Source: Vicugna vicugna (Eukaryota). Taken from it: DNA of 64,000 nucleotides. The stretch covers positions 1,072,307-1,136,306 of the forward strand of contig MU061050.1 of the NCBI GenBank assembly GCA_013265495.1, written 5' to 3'. The notes under the pieces are model-generated. The model worked only from the letters and a program-made list of their open reading frames with translations, was not told the DNA's origin and ran no database searches. Position 1 is the stretch's first letter, and each line of letters begins with the position of its first letter. Shown here piece by piece: positions 1-10,492 of the stretch. The position numbers and the translations under genes are program-made.

Positions 1-330
1 CATGGAGACCTGATTGAGATTGGGCACATTTTGTGAGATAATCGTTCAGGATTGGAGGACACAGCAAGGGGAGGGTCTTGAAAAATAAACAATTGTTTGA
101 TAAGCTAGTGGTTTGTCGGGTTAAGCAAACTATTGTCCTCAGCAGGGGGCTGTTTGAGCGGTCTATTGTTCAGATTAACTGATTTTCAGGGAGTTCCTGA
201 AGCAAATAATGAAGTTATTTACTGGTTTACGGTCTTATCTTCCTGGGCAAGAAATTTCTGGAACAAATATTAAAGTCAGGTCAATGTAAGCAGCCTTAGT
301 TAAATTATGTGGCTGCAAGTGGTCTCAGTT
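1..330. mobile_element. Probable ERV/MaLR LTR fragment (family not assigned), truncated by window start
   Basis: Composition and motifs resemble old eutherian LTRs; recognised by eye only. Confidence 0.3.
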
Positions 331-334
331 CTCA

Positions 335-1000
335 GAAGCAGTGAGGCTGTGGTGGTCTTGCTGAGAGATGATGATGGCCTGGGCTAGGGTGGGAACAGCG
401 AAGACAGAAAAATGGATGGATTGGGGCATATTTTTGGAGGTAGATTGACAGCACTCACTAATTTGATTAGATGAGAAAGAAGGAATTAAAGATAACTCCT
501 AGGTTTTAGGCTCACGCCACTGGGTAGGTGGCGGTACCATTTACTAAGATGGGAATGATGGTACTGGGTGCAAATGGGCTTGTGGGGTGGTGGTTATAGA
601 CTCAGTTTTGAACATGTTAAGTTTGGGATGTGAGTCCTTGGGTAGAAATGTCAAGTGTATGGCTAGATATGTAAGCCCAAAGTACATTAAAAAGTCTTGG
701 AGTTTTAAATTTTAAAAATTGGGAGAATCAAAAAAAAATTGGGAGAATCATCAGCACATAGTTGGTAAAACCATGGAAACAGATAAAATTTCACCTAGGG
801 AGAAAGGAAAATGGGGTGCAGGAGAGCACACAGGGAACACCCACCTGGAGACAAAGGTGGAGGAAGAAATATAAATAAGGAAGGCTGAGAAAGAGAAACC
901 AGTGAAGTCAGAAGAAATTCGGGAGAATGTGGAGTCAGAAGAGAGTATTTTAAAGAGGGAGTGATCGACTGGGATAAATGTGTAAGTTTGATGGGTGTTC
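335..1000 (+). mobile_element. L2 LINE relic
   Basis: L2-typical purine-rich phrases (gatgatggcctgggctagggtgg, gactcagttttgaacatgttaagtttg, gaaatgtcaagt); boundaries approximate. Confidence 0.65.
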
Positions 1001-1004
1001 CCAG

Positions 1005-1195
1005 GATAGTGTGGTATTATAGAAAGACCTACAGTCTTCAGAGTCATATCACCCCCATCACTTACTGGCTGTGACCTTGAGCTTCCTTTTTCTTCCCTAA
1101 ATGGGGATAAGGAAACCAGCCTCACAGACCTAGGATAAGGTACAAACAGATACTATATATGAAAATAGTACTGTGCCTGAGACACAGTAGGCGGG
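1005..1195 (+). mobile_element. MIR SINE
   Basis: cacttactggctgtgaccttgag...aaatggggataa...gtgcctgagacacagtagg resembles the MIR core. Confidence 0.6.
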
Positions 1196-2939
1196 TGCTT
1201 ATAATGGTCTCAACTTCAGTGGCAGTGACTGGAAGGCTGACAACAAAGACGTGAGAAATAGCAGGTTGGGGTATTGGAGAGACGAGAGCCCACCTCCTAC
1301 CTCTCAGATTTGCCCTGGCTAAGGGCAGGAGGGATCCGTAATAAAGTTGCCCACTGAAGCTGATCAAGGTCCAAAGGAAAAAGCCCGATATATGGAAAAC
1401 ACAAGCATACTGGCTGGGAGGAGGAACGGCTTAGTGGCACCTGGGTGACTCTTTCATAGTTTCTGAAATGGCTTCATCCACAGTCATTCAAAAGCCAGAC
1501 TCTGAAGAGTTAATGCTGACTTCTCTCACCCCCTTACTCCCGCCTGTTTCCTCCTTTCCATCCTCCTTACCCCTAGCTTAGCTCAGGCCTGCATTATTTT
1601 CACCCTGGTTACTGTCACTGTCTGGTCTCTGGCCTCCCAGTCTTCAGTTAGACTGATCTCAGCAGAGACCCTGCTTAAAACTATTCTGTTCAATGAGCCA
1701 ATTGATGGACACGTATTTATTGAGGGCCTGCTGCAGCTAAACACTAGGGATCCAACAGGGAGCCAGAGAGACACATCTCTGCCCCTGTGGAGCTTACAGT
1801 CCAGTGGGGGGAGTCAGACAAATAAACAGTCCCCATTCTGTCTACAACTGGGGGACTTCGGGGGCCCATACATAGAATGGGCACCTGACCCAGATTTGGC
1901 CATCAAGAAAGGCTCTGGAAGGGTAGATGTCTGGGCTGAAAACTAAAAGATGAATAAGAGGAGTTAACCAAGGAATGTGGTGGGGGCTGATGGAATCCAA
2001 AGCCTTAGTCGGTCTTAGAGCCTGGCTGTCACCTGCTGAGACACTGGCCAAGTGCACTGTGGCCACAGTGTCATTTGCAGTGCCACTCCTTTAAACTGCT
2101 TTACTTTCCAACACCCAATTCAGACAACACCTCCCTAAAGAAGACTCTGGTCCCTGTCCCAGACCCCAGTTCCTGTGGGGTCCCCATGCCCCATGCACCT
2201 GGCTGGTCTCAGCACTCTTCCATTTTACTGCAATCATATGTTCATTCACTCGTCTCCTTCCAGAAAGGGCAGAGCACTCTCCCACTCATCCTGGTGTCCC
2301 CAGGAGCCCACGTGGGCCATGCATATTGTAGACATTTAATAAATATATTGATTTAAAGGAATCCACTCCCACCCCACTCCCACCCCGCGTATCTAACAGG
2401 TTAGGGGAAAAAAAAATAACTTGAGAGTGCAAAATGACAGGTCTAGGGAGTGGTCTGACACATTAGGAAGCAATCTAGCTGAAGGTGGGATCGGGTTCCT
2501 AAGGGAAGTTCTGAACAGGGTTTTAAAAAAAACAAAACAAAACCCTAAATCCAGGCTGTCTGGAGGGGTTAGGAGACTGGCAGTTGGATGGACAACTTCT
2601 TGGGTCTTGCTCTTAGGAGCGAAGATCCTGTGTAGAGATGTCCTACTTCGGCAGTGGGAGTGGGCAGAATCCACCTCTTCTATTTTCACCAGCCCCTCAC
2701 TCCACCTCCACCCACCCCCGCCCCCTAGGAACCTTAGCTCTTCCCTTTCCAACAGAGGTTTCCAGCTGTTGATGCCTGGAGGGACCTGGCTGCAGGGAGG
2801 AGGAGGGAACTCTCTGTCCCTCCCTCCTTCTCCATCTCCCCACCCTTCCTCCCTCCCCCTCCCGCTGCCGGCTCTCTGTCTCCCTCCCTCTTTCTCCTCC
2901 GAGGCTGTGGAGTCGCCTCGCGGCAGCGAACAGCGAGCG

Positions 2940-3489
2940 CCCTGATCCCAGTCCCGGCTTGGAATTGAACTGTGCGAGTGCGGGTCCTGGAACCCCGGCC
3001 CGGGAGCGGCGAGCCCGGATCTGAGCCTGGGGCGCAGCGATCAGCCTCCCAGGCCCTGATTCGAGACCGAGGCGCGGAGCGCGGAGCCCGAGAGCCGGGG
3101 CCGGCCCGCGCAGCGTCCGGCGACTCCGGGAGCGGGACTGCGGAAGGCAGGGAGACGGCCGCGAGCCGAGGGCAGAGGGCAGAGTGCAGAGAGCGGCCTG
3201 GCCGGGCGGAGGGCGCCGCCTGGCCGGAACCGAGCTCTCCGCCCGGGCCGGCGGCCGGCGGCGGGGTGCGGACCCGGGGTGGCCACGAGTCCCGAGCGAC
3301 TTCCCGGCCGACGGCGGGTGGGGGGGCGTGCCTCCTCCCAGCCTAGCCGCCCCAGCCCCGCGCGCGCCCGTCCGCTGCGTCGCCGGGGCATGTGAGCGGG
3401 AAGCCCAGGCTGCCAGCCGTGAGGACCCGGACCGGAGGAGGAGCAGGAGCGCGGAGCCGCGAGCCCCGAGCCCAGCGACCGGCTGAGTA
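2940..3489 (+). other. SOX13: SOX13 non-coding exon 1 (5'UTR); start approximate, donor GAGTA|GTAAGT
   Basis: Consensus donor GTAAGT at 3490-3495 within the CpG island; the junction with exon 2 gives ...GGCTGAGTA|GATGTCCATG; the TSS cannot be determined from sequence. Confidence 0.75.
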
Positions 3490-4291
3490 GTAAGTGCTCC
3501 CCCTCCGCGCCCGCCGCGCGCCGCCGCGCCCCTTTCCCCAGCCCTCCGAAGTTTTGACACTCGCGACCCCACGTTTCTGGGCACACACCGGCTCTCGTCT
3601 CTGCGAGTTTACATCTTTTGCAAAGTTTTCCGAAAAGGAATGGACCCCCACCTACCCACCCCATTACGCCAGCAGCGGCGGCTCCTCGCGGGCGTGGATC
3701 TGGGTCCTTGTGGAGAGGGGTGGCAGCCTCGTAAGGCCGTGGGTGAGTGTGTCTGTGTCTGTGTCTGTGTGCGCACAACACGGGCCGAGCTTGGGGTGCC
3801 CCCCGCCCCACGCTTGCTCCTTACCCACCGGTTGGAGGCACTAAGGCTTTCTTACCAACCCATCTGTGTGCCCAATTCAAGGATTTCCCAGCGGGAAGCC
3901 GAGGCGTCCAAGTGCGCGCCCCGCGTGGGACTCGAGTGCCCGCAAGGAGACGCGGATCTACCCTGCCCTGGTTGTGTGGGGGTCCGGGGGCCAGCCACGC
4001 AACCCTTCCCACCCTTCCAGGTTCGTTCCCCAGCGGACCAGCCGGGCGCTGCATCCTGTTTGTTTTCTGCTCTGGCTGCTCCAGTTTCACCTCCCTCCCT
4101 CCTCCCACCCTAGCCTCCTTATCACCCCCCACCTCCCGCCTTTGGATGTCGGAGGTGAATCTTTTTATCCCTATTTCACTGCAAAAGCCTGAGGGCAGGG
4201 AGGTAGGGAGGTAGAGAGGTGCGGAGGGGGCTAGTTGCTCTGTTCCCAGCGGCTCGCCATTGTTTTCCCACCCCGCGCGTTCTGTACGTAA

Positions 4292-4349
4292 ACACACACA
4301 CACACACACACGTACACACACGCGCACACACACACACGTGTGTGCGCGC
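4292..4349. repeat. (CA)n/(CG)/(TG) alternating purine-pyrimidine microsatellite
   Basis: acacacac...cgtacacacacgcgcacacacacacacgtgtgtgcgcgc read directly. Confidence 0.9.
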
Positions 4350-5054
4350 CGGCTGCTTCGAGTCCCCAGACGCGCAGGAATCGCCTGCGGGATTCTTCCA
4401 TCTGCCCGCCTGGCCTTCCAGGCTGGAGGTGCTCCATTACTTAACTGGAGCTGGGGAGGGCGAGAGACGTGGGGGTTGCCCGAGAGTCCCGGGCGGAGCC
4501 GCGAGCCATGCCTGGGCGGGAAGTGAATTTTGAACTTCAGCCCTGGACCTTTCCGGGAGGACCCCGAGCGCACGAGCCGCGGCTTCCCGCCTTGGAGGGC
4601 CGACGGCAGCTGCAAGGACTCCAACGGCGCTCTTGGCAGCCGCCTCGGTGACAGGCGCTAGGAGGAAGCCGAGGAGTTTTCCTGGGAAGTTTGCTTTGAC
4701 TCTGTGGGAATTTCCGGGCAGGGCGCCTTGGCGTTGGCGCTGGTGAAGGGGTCTGGCGAAAGACAACCAGAGACGATGCTGCTGCTTTGGGCGGAGTTTC
4801 CAGAGACCCTGGTTTCTACCGTGCTCGCCTGGGAAGTGGCGCTCGAGATGCTGGGATTCCGCATACTTTGGTCCTCATTCCCCACCTATGGGCAGCTTGA
4901 GCTTGGGCGAGTCCCTTAACTTTTCTAGATTTTCCCTCATGCAAAATGGGCAGAATTATGCACACATCTTTGAAACCGGCGTCTAATGATCAGTTAGGGG
5001 ATGCTGGTTTGGAAGGCATGAACGCGAGGAGGGTAGTTGGACCACTGAAAGCCC

Positions 5055-5290
5055 AACTTAGTGGTTAAGAGCCAGGACTCTGGAGTTAGAGCCCAGATCC
5101 TGCCACTGGAAACATGATCTTGAGAAGTTTAACCTTACTGCTCTGTCTCAGTTTGCTCATCTGTAAATGGGCTTAATATGAACAGTACCTCTCTCACGGG
5201 ATTGTCTTGAGGATTAAGTCTTAATAAAGTCAAGCTCATGCAACAGTACCGGGCACATAAGCACTGGAGAAATGTTAACTGTTACGGCCA
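5055..5290 (+). mobile_element. MIR SINE
   Basis: tagtggttaagagccaggactctggag...ctcagtttgctcatctgtaaatggg...aacagtacctctctcacgggattgt matches MIR. Confidence 0.8.
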
Positions 5291-6239
5291 TTATTCCTTG
5301 ACCCCCCCCCCCTTGTATTGAGCCCTGACGGCATTTTGGGATTGCACTCATTGAGTCAATTATAATAATTGTCCAGTTCTGGGAAGGAAGAAACCTCACA
5401 CTTCTTCCCATCCTTTTCCTGATTTTAGCACCTCAGAGCCTCACTAACCTCCCTGTTAGTTCCATCTTGTGAAGTCTTTTATCTTTTTTCTTTTTCTCTT
5501 TCCTCCCTTCTTCCCTCACTCCCTCCCTTCACAATTTTTGTAAAGCACTACATTTCCTCCATTTTCTCATTCTTAAAAACCAGTCTTGGCCCAACTTGGA
5601 GGGCTCTCTCAGTGGAAATCAGGCTCCAGGAAGGTCACATATCAAGGAGGGTGACCTCTGAGTGTCCTGGCGTGGGCTGCTGGCTCAGGGTCAAATGCGC
5701 ATTTGTGTCTCTGGGGCTGGGTGAATTTCTGGAGAGAGGAGCCCAGGTGTCTGGGCCCCTGGGGGAAGAATCAGGTGGAATGGGCTGAGGCTGTTCCTCA
5801 GGGAGCTCCGCTTCCTGGGTGGCATCTGTGTCGCCTGCTGCTGGGGCCTATTTGGGAGCCTGGAGTATCCCAGCTGCCTGGGTAGACTGGATTTGGGATT
5901 TGGGGTAAGCAAGGGGCAAAAGTTTCACCTTCAACTTTCCGCTTGCGATTAGAATAGTTTCTAGGAATTTGGGTTTGTCGCAAGCTCCTTGTCTGATTCT
6001 AGATCCTGCAAATGTACATCGTAAGTAAGGGCTGAGCTGAGTGACTGAGGAAGGGGGGGGGCTGCTGCCCACCCATGCTGCCTTGGACAATGGGCTTCTC
6101 TCTCCTCTCTCTGACCCTTCTAACCCCCTCCCCAGGCATGGGAGGATGGCCAGGAGGGTGATTCTTAGTGCTTGGAGATCCTGCAAGTGGGCTCTCAGTG
6201 ATGAGAACCAGTATTGCAGTCACCCTCCCTCATCCCTTT

Positions 6240-6800
6240 AACAGAAATTTATTGAGCTTCTATTATGTGCCAGGCCCTGTGCTAGGCCACGGGGCTTCGG
6301 GGTGAACAAGACATGTATGTGCCTGCCTTCACAGAGTCTTCTTTCTAGTGGGAGGAGACTGGCAATAAATAAAATAGATAACCAAGACAATATTAGGTCC
6401 TACGTGATGTGAAAGAAACACAGCACAGTGATGTGATAGAGAATGTATGTTGTGGGACAGACAAGGGTGCTCCTAAATTGGGAGGCCAGTGAAAACTGCC
6501 CTGGGGAGACGCTAGCTCAGCCCAGGCCTGAAGGATGAGAAGGAGCCGGCTGGCTGCACAAAGACCTGAAAGAGGGGCATTCCAGTCAGAGGGAACAGCA
6601 AATGAAAACTGCCGGCAGCCAGAGCAGGGTTTGCAACAGCAGTGTGGCTGGGGAGGGAGACTGGAGAAATCAGAGGAGGGTCAGAGTCTGGTCACAAGGA
6701 ACCTGGTTGGACTGGTTAGGAGCCTGGATTTTATGGCCAGGGCATGGGAAGCCATTGGGGAGTTTTAAGTAGGGAAGTGACATGATCTGATTTATGATTT
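6240..6800 (+). mobile_element. L2 LINE relic
   Basis: tttattgagcttctattatgtgccaggccctgtgctagg...ggaagccattggggagttttaagtagggaagtgacatgatctga. Confidence 0.75.
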
Positions 6801-6819
6801 AAAAAGATTATTTGGTACA

Positions 6820-7260
6820 CAAGAAAAAAAGAGATTATTTGGTAATCAGAGTTGCCTCAGGGGAGGGAAACGGTGGTCGAGGGATGGGATGAAGGAAAGA
6901 TTTTTTTTTCTGTAAACTCTTGTCCTTTTTGAATTTAATACCATGGGCATATATCAACTATGCCAAAAAACCTCCCAAACCAAAAAGCATAGTTAAAAAA
7001 GAACAGCTTAAACTTGGAAAACATATGTAACAAAAAGTAAAAAAAAAAAAAAGATATAAAACTGTGTATTATAGTACCAGTTTTGAAGAGATAATGGTAA
7101 GCATATGCATGCCCATCATGCATATATATGTAGCAGACTAGATGGCTGCCTTGAAACGTTTACAGAGGTGCATTCTGGGTACTAAGCATATGGGTGATTT
7201 TTATTTCCTCCTTTATCTTCTGTTGATTTTTCCAATCTTCTACAGTGGTCCTGAAGTATT
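6820..7260 (+). mobile_element. Old L1 (L1MC/L1ME-type) 3' fragments
   Basis: ggtaatcagagttgcctcagggggaggg... and ctggaacgtttacagagg-like phrases with A-rich tracts. Confidence 0.5.
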
Positions 7261-9360
7261 TCTATAAGTGGGGGAAAAAGTGTGAAAAAGCGAAATAGCT
7301 TCGGCTGCTAAGTAGTGAATACTTTGAAGGGGAGCAAGAATGGAAGAAGAGAGGCTGGTTCTGAATTGAGATGATGCTTGGATGGGGTGGGCCGATAGGT
7401 CATTCTGGAGGCAGAGCCAGCAGGTCTCACTAACACACCATTGCCAGACACTGCTCTTGCCTAAGAGAGGCCATTCCACCTCTAGCTTCGATTTTGTGAT
7501 GAGGAGTGCTGGGATCGGCAATGGTGACAGACGATTTCCAGTGCCACCTTGGGTTTGGAAATGTGTTGGTTTCCATCCACATCCTTATCCCCATCTTTCC
7601 TCCTAGTAAGGAGAGCCCCATCCTGAACATTTTGCTACTCTGATAATTAGCAGATTCGGGTCAACGCGATGTATACAGTAGGAAGGATTTAGATGTTCAT
7701 CACATAGCATCTCTGAGCCTCCATTTCCCCATCTGTGAAATGGGATGATATCTCTCAGAATTGGGTAGGCTCACATCCAATTAAGTATGCAGCAGTGCTC
7801 CGTGAATGGTAAGGGTCTGGATTTGCTGTTGCCAAACAAAGTAGACCTGCTTTTTCAGGGCATCTAGGAGTCCCTGCCTTTGAGGGGCTGACACTGGATT
7901 TTACATAGGTTTTCTCCTCTTTGGGGGTGCTCTGAGATTGGCCCTTATTGGACAGCTCCCTGAGTAGGTCACCAGGAAGCTGACCCCCTGGAAAAGTGGA
8001 ATTCAAATGCAGCTGTGCCCTCATGCTCCCTTCCCCAGTCTTATTCAGGGGTGAACCTGAGTGTTGAAAAGGGCTCTGTGCTGGGAAGACCTGGCCAGGC
8101 CCACGCTAAATTGTGCTTTGACTGGGAATTATTTTTGAGCTCTGTGTTTGCTTAGGAGGGCTCGCTCCTGCCTGAACTCGCTACGATCCTCACCCTCTGC
8201 TGGTCCCCTTCCTGGTACTTGGATGTGCTAGCAGGAAGGCTGTTCCGGTGCCTGTCGCCACACAGGGACCGGGACCCACGGAGGACTGCTTTCATCTCTC
8301 CTGTCATCTCCCTGTCTCTCTGCTCTCAAGCAGGAAGGCATGCCCTGGATGGGATTCTTTGCCTTGGTGACCCCTGTTTTGACTGCCCCTTCCTTGGTCC
8401 TCTTTCTAGTTCCTTGGGAAGGCTCAGTCAGGACATTTGTCACAAGCCAGCTCAGCAGGGGTGCCTTCAGCCTCTGCCAACTCTGATCAGAGGTGACTCT
8501 GTTTCTTTTAAAAATTCAAGTACTTTCTCTGAACAGCAATGATACGGTAGTTCCTTCCAAAGAGTGGGGTGGGGTGGAGTGGACGGGGCATTCAGTTCAG
8601 CCCGAGGGCCTGTTATACCCATGGACCTCGCCAGAGACCCATGAGACCGACCTTGTTCAAGCCTCATGGTGGCAAAGGCCCTTGTGGCTCCCGTAGGAAC
8701 AGGTTTCTGTCCAGAGTGACGGTGATCAGAACTCTGAGAGGCTGTGAGGTGAGGAGGAAGTGGCTGGGGTTTCCCCTGCCCACTCCCAAGGTCATCTGTG
8801 GGCTAATGCACGGGCTGGCACGGCCCAGGGTGTGCCGCAGGCTGCCCAGCATCTCCGCACAGTGTGCACGTGAGGACAGGCCAGGAGCGCAGCAGGGGCT
8901 GAGATCTGTACCCAGAGGCTGAAGATTCTAGCCAGGAGTGTTTGGGTGGGGAATGGTTGTGTTGGGGTGGTAGAGGAGAGGAAGGAAGAACTGGGGACTG
9001 TATCTCTAGCTGCCACTGGTTTTTTTAAGGAGCATCACTGCCCAGGCCCATTCGGTCACTCCAGGCCGTCAAGCCTGAATTCAGTTCTCTTGAAACACAC
9101 ACAGACTCCCCTCCCCCCATCAGTGGCCTTAGCATTTAAATGGCCTTGGCACGAAGCCCCATAAGCAGCCTGGGGGATTGTGGCCAGGTTATGGGGGAGG
9201 CTTTGGTGTTCCCCTCCCCACCGCATCTTGTCCCTCTGTCTTCTGGGGACATGTCCGAGGTAGTGTCAGTGTTTTGGCTTGAGGAGAGGGGAACAGGAAG
9301 GGGCCGCAGACGGGGCCAGAGCTCTCAGGCCCTCTTCTCCCCTGGTGGTTTGGGTCTGTA

Positions 9361-9510
9361 NNNNNNNNNNNNNNNNNNNNNNNNNNNNNNNNNNNNNNNN
9401 NNNNNNNNNNNNNNNNNNNNNNNNNNNNNNNNNNNNNNNNNNNNNNNNNNNNNNNNNNNNNNNNNNNNNNNNNNNNNNNNNNNNNNNNNNNNNNNNNNNN
9501 NNNNNNNNNN
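9361..9510. other. Assembly gap (150 N)
   Basis: Run of N. Confidence 1.
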
Positions 9511-10437
9511 GTGGGAACTAGTTCCCAGAGGGCCTTGGTCCCTGCCCCCCTCCCCACCCCCCACAGAGGGAGTAGGAGCCTCAGGCCTGGGTCCTGCTCC
9601 TGGACCAGGCTGGAGGTGCCCTGCTGCCAATCCCAAGGCAGAAGTGGGTGCAGTGGGGGGCCCAGGTCCAGCCATTTGAAGGAGCAGCCAGGGTAGGGGG
9701 ATTTCCTTAGAGGTCCAAGGTGAGGGTGGGTAGCCAGTCAGAGTCCAGGGCAAGCAGATCCATCCCCAGCTCCCATAGCTGGAGGTGGCCAACCTCAGAC
9801 CTACATCCTTTGTTGACTTCTGTTTTGTTTTAATTGTGGCTCATATTTATTTTCTTATTCCTGTATTTCTGTCATTTCCAAAAGTAGAACAACCATGTGT
9901 ATTACTCTTGTCATCAGAACCGAAACGGTTTAAAATCTATCTAGAATTGGCAGACAGTGAAACAGAAAAAGCGGTTGTGGTTTTTCCTCTGGAAGACCAG
10001 GAGTCAAGGCTTGACCAACAGTAGAATATTCTGCAGAAAGAGGGGTCCTTGACAGGTGGGGTCATAGTGGAAATATAACAAGATGCTTGTTACACTGGAC
10101 TGGTACCCTTTCAGGATGACCATTGAGGAGGCCCATGGACCCCATGGTGGGCTTTGGGCTGGGGTGGGCTGCCCAGGGACTGGGCCCTGGTACCTGGGAG
10201 GAGGTAGGAGGGAGTGAGCTGTGGCTTAAGCTGCCCTCACGCTGACAAAAAAATTAACTCCTGCCTGACCACTCCAGGTGGGCCCTGTGCACCTCTGAGT
10301 GGAGCAGTGAGGAGCGTTTTCTGTCTCAGTGTGAAACCTTGGAAATCTTGTCCCCCTACCCCTCCCCAGCCCTACTGAAGGAGCCTGAAGTCATTCACCC
10401 ACCCCTGTGAGGCTTTGGTTCCTACCTGGCTCTTGAA

Positions 10438-10492
10438 GGGTGGGGTGGGGTGGAGTCTCCTGGAGGGTGGGGTGGGGTGGGGTGGGGTGGGG
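10438..10492 (+). repeat. (GGGGT)n tract, potential G-quadruplex
   Basis: gggtggggtggggtgg...gggtggggtggggtggggtggggtgggg. Confidence 0.8.

Larger units (their letters stand above)
2900..4850. promoter_or_regulatory. SOX13: CpG island: SOX13 promoter, exon 1 and start of intron 1
   Basis: Very high GC and CpG density; pyrimidine tract at ~2810-2900; the nearest downstream coding gene on + is SOX13, whose ATG exon begins with a splice acceptor and so needs an upstream non-coding exon. Confidence 0.85.

Noticed and set aside
712-750. Short tandem duplication aaaaattgggagaatca x2; also the near-duplicate aagattatttggta at ~6803-6845
   Set aside because: Replication slippage or micro-insertion within old L2/L1 relics; no functional indication
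2421-4624. Several long ORFs (up to 295 aa) on both strands across the CpG island
   Set aside because: Low-complexity Arg/Gly/Pro/Ala translations, mostly non-ATG starts and no recognisable domain; expected from stop-codon scarcity in GC-rich DNA
9140-9792. ORFs spanning N-gaps (also at 22382-22866, 32106-32794, 36980-37768 and 45307-46124)
   Set aside because: Length inflated by X codons in the gaps
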